Positions 1 through 9,085 of a stretch of DNA of 32,000 nucleotides are shown in pieces. Each line of letters begins with the position of its first letter. Position 1 is the first letter of the stretch. Position numbers and translations under genes: made by a program. The notes beneath the pieces were generated by a model. The model saw only the letters and a list, made by a program, of their open reading frames with translations. It searched no databases and was not told the DNA's origin. Location: the NCBI RefSeq assembly GCF_900187275.1, contig NZ_LT906458.1:1110001-1142000 (forward strand), in the 5' to 3' direction. Origin of the DNA: Pasteurella multocida. Its GTDB lineage: Bacteria; Pseudomonadota; Gammaproteobacteria; Enterobacterales; Pasteurellaceae.

Positions 1-1
1 T

Positions 2-343
2 ATTGATCTCCAATTAGCGTTAGCGAAAGGTCTAGTGAATAATGAAAAACACGCCTCTTTACCACAAAAACAAGAAGTTTGGCAGACACTATCGCAATGG
101 GTTAAACCACAAGATCAATTAGCCCCTTACTTTCTTGAAAATGAAGAAAACTATCTACTTCATTATGTGCAAAAAAATGGAAAAAGAACCATTAATGCTC
201 AGCCTTTTGAAGAGGTCATGGCAAAATTAGATCAACAACATGAGGTGCAAGCTGACGAAAGTCAATCTCAGGGAGAACAACCTGAAATTCCAGCCTTGAA
301 TGATTCTCCCCCTGATGCACGAGATGAGGCGAAAGCCCCATAA
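2..343 (+). CDS. C-terminal part of a hypothetical protein (ORF probably open at the left window edge)
   Basis: The supplied ORF begins at a GTG (35), but the same frame is open upstream to base 2 (IDLQLALAKGL-VNNEKH...). It ends at TAA 341-343 and is followed by a strong USS hairpin terminator. Confidence 0.5.
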   Translation: MDLQLALAKGLVNNEKHASLPQKQEVWQTLSQWVKPQDQLAPYFLENEENYLLHYVQKNGKRTINAQPFEEVMAKLDQQHEVQADESQSQGEQPEIPALNDSPPDARDEAKAP

Positions 344-351
344 TACAGCGC

Positions 352-394
352 AAAGTGCGGTCGAGAAAATGTAAAAAAACGACCGCACTTTTTA
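352..394. terminator. Inverted-repeat terminator built from paired uptake signal sequences
   Basis: aaagtgcggtcg (352-363) and cgaccgcacttt (380-391) form a perfect 12-bp stem followed by T residues. Confidence 0.85.
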
Positions 395-503
395 CTTCAG
401 CCCCTTTTTCCTTTACAAAATCACAAATCCCCCTACAATATTCCCCTTTGAATTGCTCACCTTAAGTGAGTAACTGACTTGTAATCAGACTAACGGATAA
501 TTT

Positions 504-1874
504 ATGACAACTTTCACTCCAGAACTGCTCTCTCCAGCCGGTTCACTCAAAAACATGCGCTATGCCTTTGCTTATGGTGCTGATGCGGTGTATGCCGGAC
601 AACCACGTTATAGCTTGCGTGTACGCAACAATGAATTTAATCATGCTAATTTAAAAATCGGGATTGATGAAGCCCACGCCTTAGGCAAAAAATTCTATGT
701 CGTGGTCAATATTGCGCCACATAACTCCAAGCTGAAAACCTTTATTCGCGATTTAGAGCCAGTCATTGCCATGGGGCCAGATGCGTTAATTATGTCCGAT
801 CCAGGCTTAATTATGTTAGTGCGTGAACATTTCCCAGATATGGCGATTCACCTTTCGGTACAAGCCAATGCGGTCAACTGGGCTTCGGTAAAATTCTGGA
901 AACAAATGGGCTTAACCCGCGTGATCTTATCCCGTGAGCTTTCGCTTGATGAAATTGCCGAAATTCGTCAGCAAGTGCCAGAAATGGAAATTGAAGTGTT
1001 CGTGCATGGGGCATTATGCATGGCGTATTCTGGACGTTGTTTATTATCAGGCTATATTAATAAACGTGATCCAAATCAAGGCACCTGTACCAATGCGTGC
1101 CGTTGGGAATACAGTGTAACCGAAGCCAAAGAAGATGAGATCGGCAACATTGTGAATGTGGGTGAAGAAATTCCAGTGAAAAATGTAGCACCGACACTTG
1201 GCGAAGGCGACACCACCAGTAAAGTATTTTTATTAGCAGAAAGTCAACGCCCTGAAGAACAAATGTCTGCCTTTGAAGATGAGCATGGTACTTACATCAT
1301 GAACTCGAAAGATCTACGAGCGGTACAACATGTGGAAAAACTCACCGCTCTTGGCGTACATTCGTTAAAAATCGAAGGGCGTACCAAATCCTTCTATTAT
1401 TGTGCGAGAACCGCACAAGTTTACCGTAAAGCAATTGATGATGCGGTAGCAGGCAAACCGTTTGATGAAAGTTTGATGGATACCTTAGAATCTCTTGCAC
1501 ACCGTGGTTATACCGAAGGGTTCTTACGTCGTCATACTCACGATGAATACCAAAACTACGATTACGGCTACTCTATTTCTGAACGTCAACAATTTGTCGG
1601 TGAATTCACGGGTAAACGTAATGAGCAAGGCATGGCAGAAGTGGCAGTCAAAAATAAATTCTTACTCGGTGATGAAGTGGAAATGATGACCCCGAAAGGG
1701 AACATTGTGTTCAAGATTGAACGGATGCTCAACCGTAAAAATGAAAATGTGGAAGCCGGTTTAGGCGATGGACATTTTGTATTTTTAGACGTGCCAGAAG
1801 ATGTCCAATTAGACTACGCGCTACTAATGCGTAATTTGGTGAATACTAACACACGTCAACCACACAAAGTTTAG
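504..1874 (+). CDS. trhP: Peptidase U32 family, prephenate-dependent tRNA uridine(34) hydroxylase TrhP (YegQ)
   Basis: 456-aa intact ORF. MTTFTPELLSPAGSLKNMRYAFAYGADAVYAGQPRYSLRVRNN and the Cys-rich AYSGRCLLSGYINKRDPNQGTCTNACRWEY segment are typical of YegQ/U32. Confidence 0.93.
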   Translation: MTTFTPELLSPAGSLKNMRYAFAYGADAVYAGQPRYSLRVRNNEFNHANLKIGIDEAHALGKKFYVVVNIAPHNSKLKTFIRDLEPVIAMGPDALIMSDPGLIMLVREHFPDMAIHLSVQANAVNWASVKFWKQMGLTRVILSRELSLDEIAEIRQQVPEMEIEVFVHGALCMAYSGRCLLSGYINKRDPNQGTCTNACRWEYSVTEAKEDEIGNIVNVGEEIPVKNVAPTLGEGDTTSKVFLLAESQRPEEQMSAFEDEHGTYIMNSKDLRAVQHVEKLTALGVHSLKIEGRTKSFYYCARTAQVYRKAIDDAVAGKPFDESLMDTLESLAHRGYTEGFLRRHTHDEYQNYDYGYSISERQQFVGEFTGKRNEQGMAEVAVKNKFLLGDEVEMMTPKGNIVFKIERMLNRKNENVEAGLGDGHFVFLDVPEDVQLDYALLMRNLVNTNTRQPHKV

Positions 1875-1996
1875 TCTTTTCTACATAGTCTCAAACAGGA
1901 TCTGTATCCCAGCGAATTTAGAGCGTAGCATATTGCCGGAATACAGATCCCTGTTGAGAACGTAATCAAAGCAACAGTATATTTATTATACGACAT
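1871..1996 (-). pseudogene. Small ORF with signal-peptide-like N-terminus, probable truncated gene downstream of the HlyD remnant
   Basis: Minus-strand translation MSYNKYTVALITFSTGICIPAICYALNSLGYRSCLRLCRKD*, preceded by the RBS-like ggagaataat. It overlaps the 3' end of trhP and contains a palindrome. Confidence 0.3.
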
Positions 1997-2012
1997 ATTA
2001 TTCTCCTTAATA

Positions 2013-2147
2013 TTATTTTGTGGTTTTTAATGGGCTAAATAAGTAATCTAATACACTGCGTTTACCTGTTTTAATTTCCGCAGAAACTGCCATACCTGCC
2101 ATTAATTCCACTGTTTTTCCTTCAATCAATAGAGTACTTTGATCAAT
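2013..2147 (-). pseudogene. C-terminal remnant of a HlyD/LktD-family type I secretion periplasmic adaptor
   Basis: Minus-strand frame reads IDQSTLLIEGKTVELMAGMAVSAEIKTGKRSVLDYLFSPLKTTK*. This is the conserved HlyD C-terminus (GMxVxAEIKTGKRxVxDYLxSPL) with no N-terminal two thirds. Confidence 0.75.
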
Positions 2148-2280
2148 TAAAATTTACTTCGAAATGTTCATCTCCTTTTTCAAGAATTTGTATTGAATCT
2201 ACTCTTTCCTCCGCTTTAGGAGTTAATTTATTTTTATATAAATATGCATTTGTGATTTCTGTTGCTGTTGGTAATGCCAT
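2143..2280 (-). pseudogene. Truncated small ORF 'MALPTATEITNAYLYKNKLTPKAEERVDSIQILEKGDEHFEVNFN' (copy B)
   Basis: ATG at 2280 behind an RBS-like gaggtgaagaa. The N-terminus MALPTAT recurs exactly 611 bp away. Confidence 0.4.
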
Positions 2281-2306
2281 TTCTTCACCTCACTATTATT
2301 TATTTT

Positions 2307-2759
2307 TTAAAAAGAAACCTCTTCCCTTAATTCTCCACAAGGCGTATATTCGAGATAAAGCACTCTATGATCAGGTTTAAAATTCCCAACATAATGTCTT
2401 AAATATTCAATTCTTATATAACCATATCCATCATCATCTGGATAGCCATCTATTCCTTCATTAATAAATCTTGTTAATTTACAACAATCAGGGTTCATCT
2501 GTTTAAACTCCTCAACACTAGCATAACGTTTTATTTCGGTTGTTGTGCCATCTGGTTCAAAAACACCTGACGGCATGGTGGATACCACATATTCAACCCC
2601 TCTATCGATCAACTCTTGCTCGGTATAAAGGTTATGGATATATTCCCATTTGTCAAAACAATAACCTCGTCTTTCTTGTATGGTAATAAATAAATAGATT
2701 GAAAGGATAAACAATATGAACCATAAAAAATATCTCTTTCCTTTATTTTCTTCTGCCAT
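2307..2759 (-). CDS. Uncharacterised single-TM protein (paralogue 1)
   Basis: 150-aa ORF with an N-terminal TM (YFLWFILFILSIYLFITI) and a Cys-containing acidic soluble domain. About 85% identical to the 2909-3370 product. Confidence 0.7.
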   Translation of the reverse strand: MAEENKGKRYFLWFILFILSIYLFITIQERRGYCFDKWEYIHNLYTEQELIDRGVEYVVSTMPSGVFEPDGTTTEIKRYASVEEFKQMNPDCCKLTRFINEGIDGYPDDDGYGYIRIEYLRHYVGNFKPDHRVLYLEYTPCGELREEVSF

Positions 2760-2765
2760 CTTCCA

Positions 2766-2891
2766 CCTCAGTACCCATGATCCATATTACTGCATGCTTG
2801 AAATAGGGAATCTACGCATTCCATCCCTTTCAGAGTGAATTGATTTTTAGATAAAGATAAATTCCTCATTATTGTTGCTGTTGGTAATGCC
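2766..2891 (-). pseudogene. Truncated small ORF 'MALPTATIMRNLSLSKNQFTLKGMECVDSLFQACSNMDHGY' (copy A)
   Basis: Minus-strand ATG at 2891 behind the same RBS context as copy B. It diverges from copy B after MALPTAT, so it is likely the decayed start of a downstream gene. Confidence 0.4.
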
Positions 2892-2908
2892 ATTTCTTCA
2901 CCTCACTC

Positions 2909-3370
2909 TTAATTTTTTGAAAAAGCCGCCTCTTCCCTTAACTCTCCACAGGGCGTATATTCAAGATAAATCACTCTATGATAAGGTTTTAGATTCTCAA
3001 CATAATGTCTTAAATATTCAATTCTGACATAACCATATCCATCATCATCTGGATAGCCATCGCCTCCTTCATCAATAAAGGTGGTTAATGTACAACAAGC
3101 TGGGTTCATCTGTTTAAACTCCTCGACACTCGTGTAACGCTTTACTTCTTTTATTGTGCCATCTGGTTTAATAACACCTGACGGCATGGTGGATACCACA
3201 TATTCAATCCCCCGATCAATTAACTCTTGCTCAGTATAAAGCTCATGAATATATGCACGTTTGTCAAAACAATAACCTCGTCTTTCTTGTATGGTAATAA
3301 ATAAATAGATTGAAAGGATAAACAATATGAACCATAAAAAATATCTCTTTCCTTTATTTTCTTCTGTCAT
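2909..3370 (-). CDS. Uncharacterised single-TM protein (paralogue 2)
   Basis: 153-aa ORF with an N-terminal TM and the same domain as paralogue 1. Confidence 0.7.
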   Translation of the reverse strand: MTEENKGKRYFLWFILFILSIYLFITIQERRGYCFDKRAYIHELYTEQELIDRGIEYVVSTMPSGVIKPDGTIKEVKRYTSVEEFKQMNPACCTLTTFIDEGGDGYPDDDGYGYVRIEYLRHYVENLKPYHRVIYLEYTPCGELREEAAFSKN

Positions 3371-3637
3371 CTTCCACCTCTTGGTTATTTAACGGGTTTA
3401 AACTTTAGCATATGATTCATCATATACTTAAAAACTACTACTTGGTATTTCACAAACTTTGTTTAATTTGTGATCCTATTCAAAACTTTTCTAAAACCCA
3501 CCGCACTTTTATTACCGCTCTCGCAAACTCTCATCTCATGTGTTTTTTTAATAGGCTAAATAAATCATCCTTTAGAATGCGTTCATTTTTACGCTCGTTC
3601 TCACACAATACGCTTACATATGATTGTTAAAAAAATG

Positions 3638-3740
3638 TTGCATTTGTTATTTTTGTGTGTATAATCCGACACATACCCTAAAAAGTATGACTCCAAATAT
3701 ATTTTCGCCCTTTCGTCTTTCTTGAAAGGGCTTTTTTTTT
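3638..3740 (+). ncRNA. Candidate ~70-nt small RNA (promoter plus intrinsic terminator)
   Basis: TTGCAT (3638-3643), 16-bp spacer, TATAAT (3660-3665), then non-coding sequence ending in the hairpin gccctttc/gaaagggc (3707-3714/3724-3731) and T9. Confidence 0.5.
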
Positions 3741-3860
3741 GTCCAAAATCATCTCAATTCGATACTAAACAACAAAATCTGGATTTTTCCTTGTGCAAGA
3801 GCGGAATTCACACTAGACTTACGCCCACGATTTTTTAGATAACTTTTTATAACCCTATTT

Positions 3861-4952
3861 ATGCGTGTTTCTGACTTTTATTTTGATTTACCCGATGAGC
3901 TGATTGCTCGTTACCCAAAACCGGATCGCACCGCTAGTCGCTTATTACAACTTAACGGCGAAAATGGTGAGATTACCCACCGCACTTTTGCTGATATCCT
4001 TGATCAAATTCATGAAGGCGACTTATTAATTTTTAATAACACGCGCGTGATTCCTGCAAGGATGTTTGGACGTAAAGCCAGTGGCGGTAAGGTGGAAGTG
4101 TTGGTCGAGCGGATTTTATCCGACACACGCTTTTTAGCCCATGTGCGCTCCTCAAAAGCACCGAAAGAAGGGGCAGAACTGTGGTTAGGCGAAGATAAGT
4201 TAGGTGAACATCATGGTGTCAAAATGATCATGGTTGCGCGCCATGATACCTTATTTGAATTAGAAATCGCGCAAAAACAGACCGCACTTTTAGACGTGTT
4301 ACAGCAAATTGGGCATATGCCATTGCCCCCTTATATTGATCGCCCTGACGAAGAAGCGGATAAAGAACGTTATCAAACCGTTTATAACAAAGTCCCTGGC
4401 GCGGTTGCGGCACCAACTGCCGGCTTGCATTTTGACGATGCTTTATTAGCACAACTCAAAGCCAAAGGGGTTAACTTTGCTTTTGTGACTTTACATGTTG
4501 GCGCAGGCACATTTCAACCGGTGCGCGTCGAGCAGATTGAAGATCACAAAATGCACGCAGAATATGTGGAAGTACCACAAGAAGTGTGTGACGCGATTAT
4601 TGCCACGAAACAAGCAGGCAAACGTGTGATTGCTGTGGGCACCACTTCAGTTCGTTCCGTCGAGAGTGCAGCATTAGCGACGGAAGAAAAAGGCGAACAT
4701 GCCTTAATTACGCCTTATTTTTCCGATACGTCAATTTTTATTTATCCAAGCAAAAGCTTCCGCGTGGTGGATTGTTTAATTACGAACTTCCACTTACCAG
4801 AAAGTACACTGATTATGCTGGTTTCCGCTTTTGCTGGCTATCGCCATACTATGCATGCGTACCAAAGTGCGGTCGAAAATCGCTATCGTTTTTTTAGTTA
4901 TGGCGACGCGATGTTTATCAGCAAAAATCCTCACGTTAATGGGCTTGACTGA
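3861..4952 (+). CDS. queA: S-adenosylmethionine:tRNA ribosyltransferase-isomerase
   Basis: 363 aa. [20 protein letters not shown]...[44 protein letters not shown]. Confidence 0.97.
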   Translation: MRVSDFYFDLPDELIARYPKPDRTASRLLQLNGENGEITHRTFADILDQIHEGDLLIFNNTRVIPARMFGRKASGGKVEVLVERILSDTRFLAHVRSSKAPKEGAELWLGEDKLGEHHGVKMIMVARHDTLFELEIAQKQTALLDVLQQIGHMPLPPYIDRPDEEADKERYQTVYNKVPGAVAAPTAGLHFDDALLAQLKAKGVNFAFVTLHVGAGTFQPVRVEQIEDHKMHAEYVEVPQEVCDAIIATKQAGKRVIAVGTTSVRSVESAALATEEKGEHALITPYFSDTSIFIYPSKSFRVVDCLITNFHLPESTLIMLVSAFAGYRHTMHAYQSAVENRYRFFSYGDAMFISKNPHVNGLD

Positions 4953-5707
4953 TGATCTTTGTGTTTGATTTAGACGGCACGATTTGCTTTGACGGCAAAC
5001 AGATTCCACTCGACATTCAACACGCTCTTGAACAGCTGATGCAAAAAGATCATCAGCTGATTTTTGCCTCGGCACGCCCTATTCGCGATCTTCTCCCCTT
5101 ACTTAACCCCAAACTCCAACAGGCTATGTTGATTGGGGGGAATGGTGCGATTACCCAAGTCAATAAACAAATTACCGCCCAACAACCAATTTCTAGTGCT
5201 GTTTTTACACAAATCAAGCAATGGATTGAGGAATTTGATTTAGATTATTTGGCTGATGACCTCTGGGATTACAGTAAACGTCTTCGCCAACCGCATAGTA
5301 TCGAACATAAAATAGATCCTGCGAAATTGGCTCAAAATCGACCGCTCTCGGCAATACAACATCCGATCAAAACCATTTTACTTAACCTGACTCAGACACA
5401 ATTTCTTTTCCTCAAACAACAGTTGACACACTTAGAGGTCAATCTCATTGAGCATAGCGAAGAAAATGGGCGATTTAATCTGGATATTACTGCTAAACAC
5501 ATCAATAAATACTATACCCTCACCACTTATATCGGGCAGGCTAAATACGTTGCTTTTGGCAACGATATGAATGACATCGAATTATTACAACATGCTGATT
5601 ATTCAGTCTGTGTCGGTGACTTCGCGCCCTTACGCAAACTTGCAAACACACATCTTTTTGCTAACCCCGCTGACATTGCGCAAAAAATTAAACAATTAAT
5701 CGGATAG
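4952..5707 (+). CDS. HAD-superfamily (Cof/type IIB) sugar-phosphatase-like hydrolase
   Basis: 251 aa. FVFDLDGTI motif I, late FGNDMNDIELLQHADYSVCVGD motif. Overlaps the queA stop codon. Confidence 0.88.
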   Translation: MIFVFDLDGTICFDGKQIPLDIQHALEQLMQKDHQLIFASARPIRDLLPLLNPKLQQAMLIGGNGAITQVNKQITAQQPISSAVFTQIKQWIEEFDLDYLADDLWDYSKRLRQPHSIEHKIDPAKLAQNRPLSAIQHPIKTILLNLTQTQFLFLKQQLTHLEVNLIEHSEENGRFNLDITAKHINKYYTLTTYIGQAKYVAFGNDMNDIELLQHADYSVCVGDFAPLRKLANTHLFANPADIAQKIKQLIG

Positions 5708-5745
5708 CGCAATATTCGACTTATCTTATTAAATGGAGATTAATT

Positions 5746-7095
5746 ATGGATTTAATTATTGGCTTAATTGCCGTTATTCTCGTTGGTTATTACATTGTCA
5801 AAGGCTATTCTGCCACTGGCGTGTTAATGACCGTCGGTTTATTGTTATTGCTTTGTAGTGTGTTATTAGACAAAGCCATTCTGCCGAACAGTGTCAAATC
5901 AACGGGTAGTCTCTACCTCGATGTGTTTGAATATGTCAAATACCTTTTAATGAATCGTGGGGGCAACCTTGGTATGCTGATTATGGTGTTGTGTGGTTTT
6001 GCGGCTTACATGACTCATATAGGGGCAAACGACATGGTAGTAAAACTCGCCTCCCAACCGCTCAAATACATCAAATCCCCTTATCTCTTAATGATTGTTG
6101 CTTATTTTCTTGCCTGTTTAATGTCATTAGCCGTTCCTTCTGCAACGGGATTAGGGGTCTTATTAATGGCAACACTGTTTCCTATCATGGTCAATGTGGG
6201 TATTTCACGCGGTGCCGCCGCCTCTATTTGTGCCTCCCCTGCCGCCATTATTCTGTCGCCCACTTCTGGTGATGTCGTACTTGCGGCAGAAGTATCAAAA
6301 ATGCCATTGTTAGATTTTGCTTTTCATCTCACCTTACCAATTTCCATTCTGACAATTATCTCTATCGCGATTGCCCATTTCTTTTGGCAGCGTTACCTCG
6401 ATCGTAAAGAGGGACATCGTGCAGAAATGTTAGCAGTGAGTGAAATCCAAACTTCAGCACCGCGTTTTTATGCGATTTTACCCTTCACCCCCATTGTTGG
6501 CGTACTGGTCTTTGATGGTAAAATAGCACCAGAACTTCATATCATTACGATTATTGTCATTTGTTTACTCTTGGTCGCCCTGATCGATTTTTTAAGAACC
6601 TTTAGTGCGAAAAAAGTCTATGAAAACTTAAATGTTGCTTATCAAGGTATGGCGGATGCTTTCTCTGGCGTGGTGATTTTGCTTGTAGCCGCGGGGATTT
6701 TTGCACAAGGATTGAGTACTATAGGCTTTATCCATGCCTTAATTGATTCCGTCCAATCAGTCAGTAGTGGTGGTTTTCTCATGATGCTCGCGCTAGCACT
6801 TATCACTGCACTAGCCGCAATTACCACTGGTTCAGGCAATGCCCCTTTCTATGCGTTTGTTGAATTAATTCCCAAATTAGCCGCCCATATGGGAATTAAC
6901 CCGGCTTACTTAACCATTCCAATGTTACAAGCCTCCAATATTGGTCGCAGCCTCTCACCAGTATCTGGTGTGGTTGTGGCAGTATCGGGCATGGCAAAAA
7001 TCTCCCCATTTGAAGTGGTAAAACGGATTTCAGTACCGATGTTAGTCGGACTCATTGTCGTGATTGTTGCGACAGAAATTATGGTGGTTGCCTAA
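5746..7095 (+). CDS. dcuC: DcuC-family anaerobic C4-dicarboxylate transporter
   Basis: 449-aa polytopic protein. GNAPFYAFVELIPKLAAHMG and NIGRSLSPVSGVVVAVSGMAKISPFEVVKR are typical of DcuC. Confidence 0.85.
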   Translation: MDLIIGLIAVILVGYYIVKGYSATGVLMTVGLLLLLCSVLLDKAILPNSVKSTGSLYLDVFEYVKYLLMNRGGNLGMLIMVLCGFAAYMTHIGANDMVVKLASQPLKYIKSPYLLMIVAYFLACLMSLAVPSATGLGVLLMATLFPIMVNVGISRGAAASICASPAAIILSPTSGDVVLAAEVSKMPLLDFAFHLTLPISILTIISIAIAHFFWQRYLDRKEGHRAEMLAVSEIQTSAPRFYAILPFTPIVGVLVFDGKIAPELHIITIIVICLLLVALIDFLRTFSAKKVYENLNVAYQGMADAFSGVVILLVAAGIFAQGLSTIGFIHALIDSVQSVSSGGFLMMLALALITALAAITTGSGNAPFYAFVELIPKLAAHMGINPAYLTIPMLQASNIGRSLSPVSGVVVAVSGMAKISPFEVVKRISVPMLVGLIVVIVATEIMVVA

Positions 7096-7104
7096 TACTG
7101 TCGT

Positions 7105-8467
<1,363 letters not shown>

Positions 8468-8763
8468 GCCTGAATCCAATCGGATTAAAACATGGGGTAA
8501 TGAGATAAATTTACCCTATTTTTATACTTGGTTGGCTTTCTTTTGTTCCTTCCCACGTTGATTTTCCAGATTACGCCACATTGTCTAAAAGATAAAAAAG
8601 CAAGGATTATCTTTAATTAAATCACCGCCTCATAACTACATTGACATAGATACCAAAAATATCCCCAATTCCTTTCACTTACTTGGATTTTATGGTATTT
8701 TTAGCAAGCGATTTTTTCGTCAAATTTATGTTTTAATTTTACTTTTAAGAAGGGAAATAACAA

Positions 8764-9060
8764 ATGGAAGCTCAACAAGGTAGTCCAATGTCAATGTTAT
8801 TTATTTTCGTGATCTTCGGATTGATTTTCTATTTCATGATCTATCGTCCGCAAGCGAAACGTAATAAAGAACACAAAAAATTAATGTCTGAATTAGCAAA
8901 AGGCACGGAAGTCTTAATCGCAGGTGGTTTAATTGGTCGTATTACGAAAGTATCACCAGATAGTGACAGCATTATCATCGCATTAAATGAGACAACCGAA
9001 GTCACCATCAACCGTAACTACGTTGTGGCTGTGTTACCAAAAGGCTCATTAAAATCTTAA
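8764..9060 (+). CDS. yajC: Preprotein translocase subunit YajC
   Basis: 98 aa. FVIFGLIFYFMIYRPQAKRNKEHKKLM...GTEVLIAGGLIGRI, followed by secD. Confidence 0.96.
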   Translation: MEAQQGSPMSMLFIFVIFGLIFYFMIYRPQAKRNKEHKKLMSELAKGTEVLIAGGLIGRITKVSPDSDSIIIALNETTEVTINRNYVVAVLPKGSLKS

Positions 9061-9085
9061 TTTTTCATTCCTAAAAGGGAAAACT

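Larger units (their letters stand above)
2143..3370 (-). repeat. Tandem duplication with 611-bp period
   Basis: Start codons of the paralogous pair (3370, 2759) and of the MALPTAT ORFs (2891, 2280) are both separated by exactly 611 bp. Confidence 0.85.

Noticed and set aside
934-1119. Short ORFs within trhP, queA, tgt, dcuC and dsbD (e.g. 934-1119, 1495-1686, 4228-4452, 5991-6272, 7423-8138, 18923-19495)
   Set aside because: Out-of-frame or antisense shadows of clearly functional genes.
3412-3630. 72-aa plus-strand ORF (MIHHILKNYYLVF...)
   Set aside because: Weak RBS context, AT-rich composition and a USS inside. The region is better viewed as intergenic/decayed sequence on the minus strand.
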